Shown here piece by piece: positions 21,930 to 32,724 of a stretch of 32,724 nucleotides of DNA. Origin of the DNA: Folioceros fuciformis (lineage: Eukaryota); contig JBNGIO010006038.1 of NCBI GenBank assembly GCA_049999805.1, positions 1-32,724 on the forward strand, given 5' to 3'. How positions within the stretch are numbered: the stretch's first letter is position 1; the number at the start of each line of letters is the position of its first letter. The notes under the pieces are model-generated. The model did no database searches. It had not been told where the DNA came from and worked only from the letters and a program-made list of their open reading frames with translations. Made by a program: the position numbers and the translations under genes.

Positions 21930-22600
21930 GTACGTGAGGGCGGAGGTAGGCAGGAAGGCCGAATGGCAATTTGCTCTTGGTGGTCTAGAGATGGTGAACC
22001 TTATGAGCTTTCCAGGAAGCGGGTGTTATGAGATTGCTAGTGTGTTACCATACGATGTTACATTGGATACGTTGCGTGGAATGTGGTGTAAGTGTGTGGT
22101 TGCCTTAATGTTCTAGTGGTAAGAATTTGACTTTGTTGTGAACCGGTAAGAGCAACTATAATTGCTGAGGTGGCTAATTCTTTGCCAAATTGTGAAGCTA
22201 TCACTTGCATGGAATGCTTGAAGCCGGTTGGCAAAGCCCTATAAACTCTAAACAAAAAGGGTGGTCCCGAGGGATTATGCGTATTGATGGCAACAACCCC
22301 AAAGTTTAGCCACATTAAATGGCTCCAAATTGAACCTGAGCCGTGTTATTGTGGGCTATGGAGGAAACGCATGTGAAGAAGGATGAAGAGGAATTGTTTG
22401 GAATAGGAGTGTACCAAAGGGGTTAGTGTAAGGAGCACCAACACGAAAAGTAAAGAAAACACAATGGCCGAGGCCGAGGAATTACACCATGTTGTCCGAA
22501 AGGCAAAAGTGGATGGTAAGGTGGGACACAAACGCCGGGCATTTTCTACGCCAAATGGTGTAGTGTGGAATGTCCATTGCGCACATCCTTGCAAAGAGGT
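21930..22600 (-). mobile_element. Possible LINE ORF1 remnant
   Basis: Minus-strand fragments LCPTLPSTFAFRTTWC and FRVYRALPTGFKHSMQVIASQFGKEL loosely resemble the plant LINE ORF1 'W...LP....IAS.LG.VL' region. The frame is broken. Confidence 0.3.
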
Positions 22601-23710
22601 AGACCTCGCATTGCACTGTGTACGAGGAGAAACCCTATAGAGCACATTTCTAGGAACGATAGGAATAGTGGAAGGACACGGTGATGTGTGCATAAGAAAA
22701 AACAGTATGACACCATTGGGTTTGTCACCATAAGGACCCCTAGATGGCGCACCACGATCAAAATGGGGTAGATTTGTGACGCCCAAACATTGGACCGGAC
22801 ACCGCCACGCAAAACTTTGAGTTCTACATGGCATCACCATATCGGTATTCCATGGAACATGCCCCAAGATGCCTGTCAACCCTAAGTTGCTTTAGGAATC
22901 ACCAACAAGTGTCCTAGTGCAGCCATATACGTACCTGGAGGGTGCACACGGTTCCCGTGCTGAACCTAGCTATGTCATTAGACCAACCTGTACAGTGTAT
23001 AGGGATTTTGTTTCTATCATTCTAATGGGCATGTGGACCAAAAGGGACATGTCCTTCGTTTTTTATTTGGGTTTATGGAGCCTTCATCATAAAAAATCAG
23101 CATGAAACATGTCAGGGGTTGGCAAGGGTTAGGATTCGGCAGTGTTTCAGAGATGCACCGATTGACATCGCCGTGATACCCTCATGGCGAGTGAGAGATG
23201 GTTGTCTGCTACGGGCTAAACCATGCGGTAGACGCTTAGGGGCTAAACCTCGCCGTGGATGCCCAGGTGTGTTTAAATCCCCCCCTCAACTGCGTAGGAG
23301 AACAACTCAGAGTAGGAGAGCTCGCCCGCCTAACTCTAAACCCTCCTCGTTGGCGGAATGCTGAACCTGGAACTTCGATCCAAAACCCTAAACCTGCCGG
23401 CTGTCTTGATCTGCACCATCGCTTCGGGTCCCCCGGCTATTATCACACATAACTGAGCCGAACGTGAGGGATAAAATAAGGGCACAAAGTTGGTGACCCG
23501 ACTTTGTGCCCTACGACCGAAGCGGGCATATCTGTTACGTCTAAAATGTTTGGACCGTATACCGCCTTGGTAAAGTTTGTGTGAAAGCCAGCTTAATCGT
23601 ATTAGTATTCCATAAGCCATACCCACCAGTGCTCCTATACATGCACGCCCACCAACCCATGCTCCAACAGGCATGTGGACCGATACGGACACGTACTATG
23701 TTTTTTACTT

Positions 23711-23738
23711 GGGTTTAGGGTTTAGGGTTTAAGGGTTT
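23711..23738 (+). repeat. Short interstitial plant telomeric tract (GGGTTTA)n
   Basis: gggtttagggtttagggtttaagggttt. Confidence 0.85.
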
Positions 23739-23883
23739 ATGGTTGCACCCTCATCACTTAAAAAGTCAAGATGAAACATGTCGAGGGTTCGCAAGGGTTA
23801 TGGTTTGGCAGTGTTTTAGAGATGCGTCGATTGACAATGCTGTGAGACCCTAACGGCGAGCAAGAGATGATTGTCTGCCACGA

Positions 23884-24017
23884 GCTAAACCTCGCCATGG
23901 ACGCCTAGGGGCTAAACCTCGCCGTGGATGCCTAGGGGCTAAACCTCGCCGTGGATGCCTAGGGGCTAAACCTTGCCGTGCACGCCCACAGGCTAAATCT
24001 CGCCGTGGACACCCAGG
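23884..24017. repeat. 27-bp tandem repeat, 5 copies
   Basis: gctaaacctcgccgtggatgcctaggg at 23884, 23911, 23938, 23965 and 23992. The paralogous unit has only 2 copies (23215, 23242). Confidence 0.92.
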
Positions 24018-25107
24018 TGTGTTTAAACGCCCCTCAACTACATAGGAGAACAACTCATAGTAGGAGAGCTCGCACTATCGCTTCTGCACCCTCCTCATTA
24101 GCGGGATGCTCAGCTCGGAACTTCGATCTGAAGCCCTAAACCCTCCGGCTGTCTTGATATGCACCATTGCTTGGGGTCCCCAGCTATAATCACACGTAAT
24201 GGGTCTACCCGCTTTGTAAAAAAAGGTGCACAAAGAAGGTGTCCCAATCGGTAAAGCTCAAGCCTATTTTTTTTATTAAGAATTATTTTTTTCACACTAC
24301 ATAAAGAGGAAGCCTAAGCCTATTTTTCCTATTATGAACTACTTTTTTTCAGTTTGTAACTTGAAAAGATGGTATAAGACTTCAAAAATTTAGAAAATAC
24401 CTTGAATTATTCGTTTCAAATATTTTTGAAAAAAATAATGGAGTTTGGAAAGAGCAATCATGATACGTGTCGCCCGATGCCCTTGGGATATTTCCATGGT
24501 CGTCGGTGGGTAGACGATTTGTTACATGCAGTTTTGTTACACAAAGTGTATTTTTCTTACACACAAAGTGTCAATGAGCTGTTGAGAGGAGTAAAGAGGG
24601 AAAGAGACGGGGAGTCGGTTGGGACAAGGCTTTGGGGTCTGGAAGTTGAGTGATTTGATTGAGGGATGAGCTATTGTCTTGTTTTGTGACCCTACTGGAG
24701 GGCTCCCGGAGGCTGTGCATCGCAAGCACCATAGCCGGCTCGCTGTTACGTGCCTTGCCTCGCTCCAAGTTGCGGCGTTGCTTCGCTCTTGTTCCTTCGC
24801 TCTCCTACTCTCTCTCTCTCTGCCTCACGTCCAACTCCCACTGCCGTCTTTGCCTTACTGCCCTTGCGTTTCCTGGGGCAAGCACCCGAGTCCATGCCCT
24901 TGTACTCGTGCTATTCTCACCCCGCTCTCTGCCCGGCTTCCATCCCGCCAGCCTGCATTACGCTCCCTGATCTTCCCTATTTCTTCTCCTTTCTTTCCCG
25001 GCTGCCAGGCAGCCTTACTATGCGCCCCGGCGGGAGCCGACAGGGTTGAGAAGAGGCTTCACCGCAGGCAGTTGCTCGCACGCCATTCGGGCTCGCACCA
25101 CCGCAAG

Positions 25108-27266
25108 ATGAGCTACGCAGGGGAGGAGGACGGCGCCGGCAGGCCCAAGCTCAGTCTGCAGCCTCGAGGATCGGCGGCGGATGTCGCCTCCGCTACTTCT
25201 GCCAAGTCCAGCCGGGTGAGTGCGCATTTTTCTTCCTTGTCTTCGCTTCCCGCCATCCCGCGCTCCCTTGCCGCTCTTGGTGCGGGCTTCTTGGTGGTAG
25301 CCGCCCCCGTCGCAATGCGCTCCTGCGTGGCAGGGCTACCGCTCCGTCTCCTCCGCAAGGTTGCGTTGGGTGCTTTGTCGCCTGGCGTGGGACGCGGGAA
25401 AAGCGCGCTGAGATCTGCGGCCTCGCTTGTTGCGTAAATTTATTTACGCGTAGATTAGATTTGGCGCTTTCTGTGCCGGATCAGCTCCCTCTGTTCGGTT
25501 CTTGGATCAAAGGCTGCACTTTTGAAGAAGTCGGATTTTCAGATTCGTCGTCCTCGTTTCCTACGCAATTTCACTGTGCTGATGGAGACGGAGTGGCCAG
25601 GGTCTGGATTCAGGCGTTGCCGTAACACGTCCATGTAGGTCATACCCCTAGGCCGTGGAGGGGGCACGCTTGCTAGCCCTAGGGTTGCGTAGATGTCTCT
25701 GCGGTGTTCTGATTCTGTTTCAAGTGATTCCAGAGCACGTGAACGTTGTGCTCGTTTCTTTCGTATTTGAAGCTGAAGTCTCTCTCGGCCGCATCTTTGT
25801 CACGCCTCTAGGGTTCGATGGTGTTCGCTTGTGGACACAATATTAGTGGCAAGGCTGTGGAGGGTGTCCTTTAGGTGATGAGATGTGTGTTTATCCTCGT
25901 CTGCAGCCGAACCCTTTTGGCGCTGCGAGGCCCAGGGAGCAGGTCATTGCTGAGCGGGAGGGTAAGAAGGAGACCGAGGTTCTCAAGGAGCAGATTCAGA
26001 GAGAATGGAAGCCAACTGTAAGTGTGCCGTTGCTCTCGCTGTCAAACTTCTCTTTCAGTTCTGTGCGTTAATATTAAATCTCAACTCGTCAAAATTTGGA
26101 GAGGCAAATTCTGTGGACCTAGCTTGTATTCTATTCCCGTGTTAGATAATGTGAGTGGTTAGACCAATTGATGCTAGCTCTGAATTTCCTGCTTCTTCGC
26201 CAGATTGTTATGACAGAGGGACAGCGTGAAGAGAAAAAGGCTGCCGAAGCCGAGCTGGCTTTTGCAAAGAGTGAGCTCGACAAGGAAACTGATCCTCTGA
26301 AAGTGAAATCCTTGAGGGATGAAATATCTGTCAAGGAGAAGAAGCTTGATGAGCTTCTATCTTCTTTCGAGGTATGTGTCGCGGAATAGATTCGTGGAGT
26401 CTGGCTTGTACATAGTGCTGAGGGAGGCGCAAATTTCTTGGAACATTTCTGTGGTCCGGATGCGGCCAGTGTTGTGTGGTATCACCATTCAGGCTGTGTA
26501 TTGTGCAGAAGCTAGCTGTTCAAAGTGCGCAAACTGGTGGCACCAGGCGAACTCACGAGCGTACACGAAGAGATGAGGACCGTGTGTCTGGCTCGCCAGC
26601 TCCTCCCCAGTCCTACGGTAACAAAGACTACGGTGGTGAAGGCAATGACGGGTATGGCAATTTTAGCCGAGGCAGAGGCCGCGACCGTGATTCTGACGGA
26701 TCAGGGTCTTATGGAGACACCTGGGGAGGGGCAAAAGGAGGAAGGTCGGGGGGCCCACAGCCGTGTTACACATGCGGGGAGGTACTGTTGTGCGGAATGT
26801 GTCGCTTTTCTGGACGCTGTAGTGAACTTGGTCGCTCCCGAAATGCTGACATCATGCCTCTGCGCAGGTTGGTCATTTCTCTCGGGAGTGTCCAAGCGGA
26901 GGCTCTCGTGGCTACAGTGGAAATTTTGGAGGAGGCCGGAGCAGCTCTGGCCGCCAATGCTACACGTGTGGGATGGAAGGACATTTTTCTAGGGAGTGTC
27001 CCCAGGCAGGAGCTGGGGGCTATGGTGCTCCTCGCGGAGGAAGCTATGGACCACCTGCTGGTGGTGGTTATGGAGGAGGCTACGACTATAATCAGGGCGG
27101 GTATGTCCAGGAATACCCTTCTGCCTATGGTGGGCAGCCTGGTGCAGGATACGGGTCGGGATATGATGATCGCAGTGCTGGAGGCTATGGTGTGGGTAGC
27201 CGTGGAGGCGGGAACTACGCAACAGGTCGAACGGATTATGACACAAGAGGGAACTGGTCACAATGA
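25108..27266 (+). CDS. Plant eIF4B-motif protein with coiled coil, two CCHC zinc knuckles and Gly/Tyr-rich tail, 352 aa, 5 coding exons
   Basis: Exons 25108-25215, 25907-26017, 26204-26371, 26509-26781 and 26868-27266 (all phase 0, GT-AG, 1059 nt). Motifs: RPKLSLQPR and PNPFGAARPREQVIAE (plant eIF4B type), coiled coil EEKKAAEAELAFAKSELDKE...KEKKLDELL, knuckles CYTCGEVGHFSREC and CYTCGMEGHFSREC, and RGG/GGYG repeats. Confidence 0.9.
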
Positions 27267-28020
27267 ACGCACTTAGGGAGCGGTCGAGCAGTCCTCAGGA
27301 GGCTTTTGAGTGGTTCCCCGGGAGAGAAATTTCGAGGCGAGGCAGTGCCCACTTAAATCAGTTTTTTGCCTGGTGGTGCCTGGTTTGGAGTACGTACGAG
27401 GCGGGAAGTGACTTGGATTCTTACTTTTGCCTCTGCTTCTTGTTGCCTTTCCATCTCTGGCTACAAGTCATAGATGCAATATACTGTGACACATAACTTA
27501 CCTTAGATTGTTCAGTCTGGTAACTTTATTCTGTGGATTAGTTGCGGGCGGAGAAATAGGTTGAGACCATGTGATCGATCCTCTTGTAATTTCCACTTCC
27601 TCATAATCTATGTACTGTATGTCAGCAGTGAGGTTCTTCTTAAGTACGTTCCATGTATGAATCCAGTCCATACGGGGATGAATGAAGGGCACGCCGCAAT
27701 CATATAACCCCTGAGGAGCACAATATTCTAAGCTTTTCTGCTTTTGTCGGGGCAAGTCAAAGACACGCCATGTAGTTCGGGAAGTTGAAAAGCGAGGGTC
27801 GTCAGCGGAGCAAATTATGCGTTTGGGCCGCCTAGGGAGCGGAGTAATCGTGCGTTCGGGCTGCCTGTGGGGCGCAGTAATCGTGCATTTGACGTTCTGC
27901 TCCTGGCTTGCTGAATTCTATCATCTCAAGTCTCAAAGTGAAGCGGGGTTGCGAATTCTCCCGTCTCTGTGGAGCCTTGTGTGATGCTTTTACCCTCAGG
28001 CAGACCAGGAATCCGTGGAT

Positions 28021-31000
28021 ATGGACGGCCCCAGCGTCACCTTGCAGGATGAAGGGAACATCAAGATTGACGAAAAATTGGAAGCGAAGGCACTCCGTCG
28101 TGTGATCGCTGCTTACATGAAGTAGGAGCACTTTTTTCTGCTCATGCTTGCTCGAGTCTGCTCTGCTTCTCTCGGGAAGTCTGATGCAACCCTACACGTG
28201 CTCGCGGGAATTCGTGAGATTCGGGAATTTGGTGCACGGTGCGTCCTGATGCTTGTTTTGTCTCCTTTCGGTGTTTCAGCTACTATGACGCCGCCGAAGA
28301 TGATCGCCGACGCTGGATGCGGTCTTACGACAGGCTTAGCTCCTCGCAAAAGGTTTGCAGGCTCGGTTTGTGGACACACTGTGTTATGAGCTGGCAGCTT
28401 GTGTGTGTGGCAGCTACAATGCATGTTTCCGACAACTGTTTGTGATGAATGCCGATTCTTGTTTTCTGTCTAAGCACATTCCACTCACTCAACGTTGTCT
28501 GTATTATAGAATCGTGTTCCCCATTTGCCAAATAAGTATCAGCTGCTGAAGAGGTAATTTCAACACACGGCCATCTCAGATGATGTTGTGCATATGCAAA
28601 TTGTTCCTCTAACCTTTGCACCTTTTTGGTGCCAGGTGCATAGAAATGAATTCAGCCTTTATATTGAATATGGTTCAGGTCCATCCTTCAAACCATTGCC
28701 GTTATCTCTATGGGTTTTGGTCTCCGTTTGCAGTTTGGCAATTTGAGCCTAATAGGGTAGTTGGTGACTGATGTCAATTTGCACGTGTGTAATAACTCTT
28801 TTTGGGGCATCCAGGCATTTGAGCCTCCCTTTGATATTTCAGAGGATGTTTTGCTTGACGGAGCCGACATTCTGTCACGCGCCTCAGGATCTGTTCAGAG
28901 TTTTCACCATCTCTCAGGAAGTGGAGAGAACCATGACAATGTCAGGGGAACAAGAGGTTATAGCACAGTTGATGGCGGCAGGCATCCCGAGGATGAACCA
29001 CCTTTATCATTAGGATACGCTGAAGATATAGACCTTCCGGAGGCCTGGGACGGGGATGGAATAAGTATGTCTTCTCCAGAGGTATAGGCTAGTTGCATGA
29101 GTTTTCTTGGTCGAAAATTTTGTTTTTAATTCTGTATGTGCAATGATTCCGCCGATTTTAGTCTAAAGTTTTTCCTCCGATTGTAGTCTATATTGTCAAA
29201 TGTGTAGATGTGCGCCTTTGTTGGCAGGAAGCTGTCGCACCAGGTCTTTCACCAGATGGTTACAATGGAGTTTATGTACCGCCAGCGGATGTTGATAAGG
29301 TAGACTGTCACCTACCGTGCTTTCACGGACTACGTTTGTTTTTATGGCTCAGTTAATCTCTTCATGGCGACGATTGTGCTTATAACCTCATGTAGGTGCG
29401 GTGCATAATCCGAAACATTGTCCGGGACTGGGCTAAAGAGGTGCGGTCTAGTCACGTCATCCTTCGGTTCACTTTTCCCTTCACACCCGCTGAGGAACAG
29501 TTTGCCAACCTTGGCTTTAACTGAAGAAATGTCTATACAGCAGCATGTGGTTCTCATCAGCGTCCTTTTAAGTTGGCAGGGTGCGGTTGAACGCGAGCAA
29601 TGCTTCAAACCAATCTTGCAAGAGTTGGACCAGCATTTTCCAAACCGCACAGCTGATAGGTAGTGGCATTCTTGAACAAATCCGGAATGGCATTTCCAGG
29701 TGTTATTGGTTCCGTTGTGTGGGAGCGAAAACCTGACGGTGAATGGAACATTCACAATCTTCGTAACGACGTCTATATTTTTACTCTTTCGCATCCAGGT
29801 CGCCAAAATGCTTGGTTCCAGGGGCCGGATTAGCCAGGCTGGCTCTCGAAATTTCGCTCATGGGTGAGCGTTGTTTTATGGTTTCCATGTTTGAAGCTGT
29901 AGCATTTGGGAAAGTGTTCTTAAGTGGTCGGTTGGTGACAGGGTTTGAGAGCCAGGGCAACGAGTTCTCTTACTACATGCTTATCTGCTCAAGTTTTATT
30001 CTTAATCAGTATGTCAAAATCGGGAGGAGCAGGGATGAGTTATCACGGGCAAATACGTGCTGCTTTAAGTTTAGCATTTGAGTGTGCACATTGTCTGTGC
30101 ATGAGAGTCGTGAGCTTAGTGAACTCGTCTATGGTAACAGACGACTTACTGCTCTCTCGGGTGCAGTGCTCAGGAACCCTTGGAGTGGAAGGTGTATCCA
30201 TGGATCCACAGCAATTGCAACATGTTTTCGGATGCGGACCAACTTAGGCCTGTGCTGTTCCCTGACCTTCATCCTGCAAGGTTGGACGCAATTGTTTTCT
30301 GTATGTATTGTGTGTTTGAAGGAACTCTTGATATAAATGACGGGTCTCTTCAAATCTTAAAGCATGGGTGTTATACGAGAAAACTGTTCATGACTTCATG
30401 TGGATGGTCTGTGGTTAGTGTTGTTGCTTGTTTACTCGAGCACGAGTTGACTCGTGTTAAGCACTTTGCTCATTTTTCAGTGCAGGAATCACAGAAGGAT
30501 TTTCCATGTGTGCCGGCGATTTTGTCGAAGTGTATAGTCATCCGAGTCAGGCTGGTACATTTTGCAGAAGATGTAGAGTTTGTATGTGGCACCTCGTCTG
30601 GAACCACTTCGACTAAATGAGACGGGGTGGTATGGAACAGGGGCTTGGGATGCAGTGGTCACGTGCTTCTTCCTGGACACTGCTCATAACATTATTGAAT
30701 ACGTGGAGGTGATTTACAAAGCTCTCAGACCTGGTGGGGTACGTTTACCTCCTCCCCCGTGAGCTCTTCCTTGTTGAGTTTGTCGGGTAGGGAAACACGT
30801 GGATGTGTCTCGCTCTGTGTCAGGATTGAAATTCCTGATTCCTGTTGTCTTGAAACATGCAATGGCATGGCCTTGATACCAGGTGTGGATAAACTTGGGG
30901 CCACTCCTCTATCACTTCGCCGAGGCTCACAGCTATTCTGTGGAAGACGTAAGCTGTCTTGTCCTGGCAAGCTGTGGGTGTTCCTGATAACTGTGAATGC

Positions 31001-31402
31001 GATGTAGTCACACTTGTCTGCTGCTGTGGGCTTTGGCAGGAGATGTCACTGGAACTATGTTTGGAGGATGTGAAGAGTGTAGCTCTCACATTTGGGTTTC
31101 GACTGGAGGTACCATCTGGAAGCCCGTATGCTTGTCTGGCAGGATTTGTGCAGCTGTTTCTGTTTGATGCAAAAACAGTGCTCTCGGTACTGCATTGCAG
31201 AAGGAGTCTGTGATAAAAACAACTTACACAGCCAACTTAAAGGCCATGATGCAGGTACAGTGGCACTCGACCCCACCCGTCCCCTGGGCCGCTGTATACG
31301 ATACATACCTGTCACTCACATGGATGTTTGTTTGTGGGACAGACTCAGTACCTTGCTGCCTTCTGGACCATGATCAAGGATGGGACGCCAGTCACACCAT
31401 GA
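28021..31402 (+). CDS. CARNMT1: Carnosine/histidine N-methyltransferase (N2227-like family), 463 aa, 17 exons
   Basis: Exons 28021-28121, 28280-28352, 28510-28553, 28636-28678, 28815-29081, 29228-29299, 29396-29440, 29580-29659, 29799-29863, 29942-30008, 30167-30280, 30481-30554, 30641-30738, 30883-30948, 31040-31108, 31201-31254 and 31343-31402 (1392 nt, frame-consistent). Motifs: DVDKVRCIIRNIVRDW, LVPGAGLARL, QGNEFSYYM, MCAGDFVEVY, VVTCFFLDTAHN and WINLGPLLYHF. An upstream exon is possible (in-frame acceptor at 27999). Confidence 0.95.
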
Positions 31403-32724
31403 ATGACCTTCATCCCTCTTCCTCCCAGATTCATTCGCGCCCGCCTCTGAAGTGTTGGTGGAAGTGGCTCAACAGCAGTTCCCAGTACAGGACACTCAAT
31501 GGTGGGAGTTCCGTCACAAGAGAAACGTGAGTGGTCTACACACCTGCGTGCACTCTTAATGCGTCCAGGGAAGCAGGAGCCCGATGAAACTCCGAAGACC
31601 CCTCTGTGGCCAGATAACTGTACTCCCTCACCCTCCTGAATTCTTTTGTCAACTTGGATTGCCGATTGAGGACAGTAAATAACTAAGCATTAAAGTAAAG
31701 CGAAAGCTGGGTGTGGCTGACCGAGTCCTGCGGTGACGTCAGTGTCCAGCGCTGCATGGTGGCGTGGGACCGTCTCGGAGGCGACTGCGACACGCGGGCC
31801 CCGCCCCTCCCCGCTCCGCTCCGTCCGGCCCTTGACGGGCTGCCCGCCTGCCCCTTTTATTGCACGGGCAGCAGCAGCCGCGTCCGTCTCGCCTTCGGCC
31901 GTGCCGTTCCGTTTGGCGCCCTGCCTGAAGTGGAACGCCACGACGAGCAGTATACCCAGGGGCCAGAGTACCATAGCGTGGCGGAGGAGCGGAAGCTAGG
32001 TTGACCGTAGATCTATCCCTGGGCCGTACCGTCCCTCAATATTCGAGGTTATGGTATCATGATCGCGCGTGTGACGCTCGGGCCCAACATGTAAAAGCAT
32101 CACCCGTTATCTTTGCCCTTTAACACGCGCTGCCGACCCGTACCACCAACATTTATGGGGAGCGTGTCGGTGTACAATCGGGGTCTATTATTGTTTCCTT
32201 CCATGACTTTCATGTTAATTTTATGATTGTAAAAATACGAAAAATACATCTTTACTCTTTTATCAAAAGTCACAAGTAGCGTATCAAATACGTGAAGACG
32301 TATATACTCATAAAAATACTAATCTTTTCTTTAATTTTAATTTATTTCAAGAATTATTTAATTTAATACAAGAGGAAGAAGAGAAGGTGGAAGTTGCAGT
32401 TCCAGGAAGGAGGGAAAAAAGTCCATTCATAATAGAAGAAAAGTTGGTTACATGGTCATTGTATGGTAAATCTTAAACCCTAAATTATATTTTATTCATA
32501 AGACTCATATTAACTGAAATATTAGGGTTTAGAGAGGGTACCCTAAATTCAACTGAAAGGGGTATTTATTATTCATGTTGTGGAAAGTGAAAGTTATGTT
32601 GCTACCATGTTGCAATGTAATGCAGCCAGTCAATGCATGTTTTCAAACTTAACTAACTAGCTGGGTGAATATATCTGATATAAATGTAGCATTATTTAAC
32701 ATAAAGAAGTGATTAGCAGTACTT

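Larger units (their letters stand above)
22750..24245. repeat. Two diverged tandem copies of a ~750-bp repeat unit
   Basis: A clearly alignable core at 23028-23451 matches 23670-24199 (ggcatgtggacc...atgaaacatgtc...taggagaacaactca.agtaggagagctcgc...ggctgtcttgat.tgcaccat...atcacac.taa). Weaker similarity extends to ~22750 vs ~23510 and ~23500 vs ~24245. Confidence 0.85.

Noticed and set aside
24679-25437. 252-aa ORF as a long N-terminal extension of the eIF4B-like gene
   Set aside because: It has a TTG start, runs through pyrimidine-rich promoter/UTR sequence and reads through the donor at 25216. Only 25108-25215 looks coding.

Overview
Eukaryotic, intron-containing land-plant DNA. The compact intergenic spacing, ~80-200 nt introns, TTTAGGG motifs and decayed PLS-class PPR gene suggest a compact non-seed-plant genome such as a hornwort or lycophyte; this is inference only. 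I rebuilt five intact-looking spliced genes by hand: PAM16 (-, 3891-4629), a nuclear-speckle RRM protein (NSR-like; +, 6840-8327), ARMC7 (-, 11018-12162; assembly gap in exon 1, one GC-AG intron), an unusual protein joining plant eIF4B motifs to two CCHC zinc knuckles and a Gly/Tyr-rich tail (+, 25108-27266), and a 17-exon carnosine/histidine N-methyltransferase (CARNMT1/N2227; +, 28021-31402). There are two pseudogenes: a CYP85-clan cytochrome P450 (+, ~1690-3228) and a PLS-PPR (+, ~13100-14360). The region ~14.4-24.3 kb has no intact gene. It holds tandem duplications, a 22-bp satellite with an 88-bp higher-order period, a GC-rich decayed retroelement-like block and a ~750-bp diverged tandem duplication. 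There are two 100-N gaps. I found no CRISPR array, tRNA or rRNA. All calls come from manual reading; no database searches were run.
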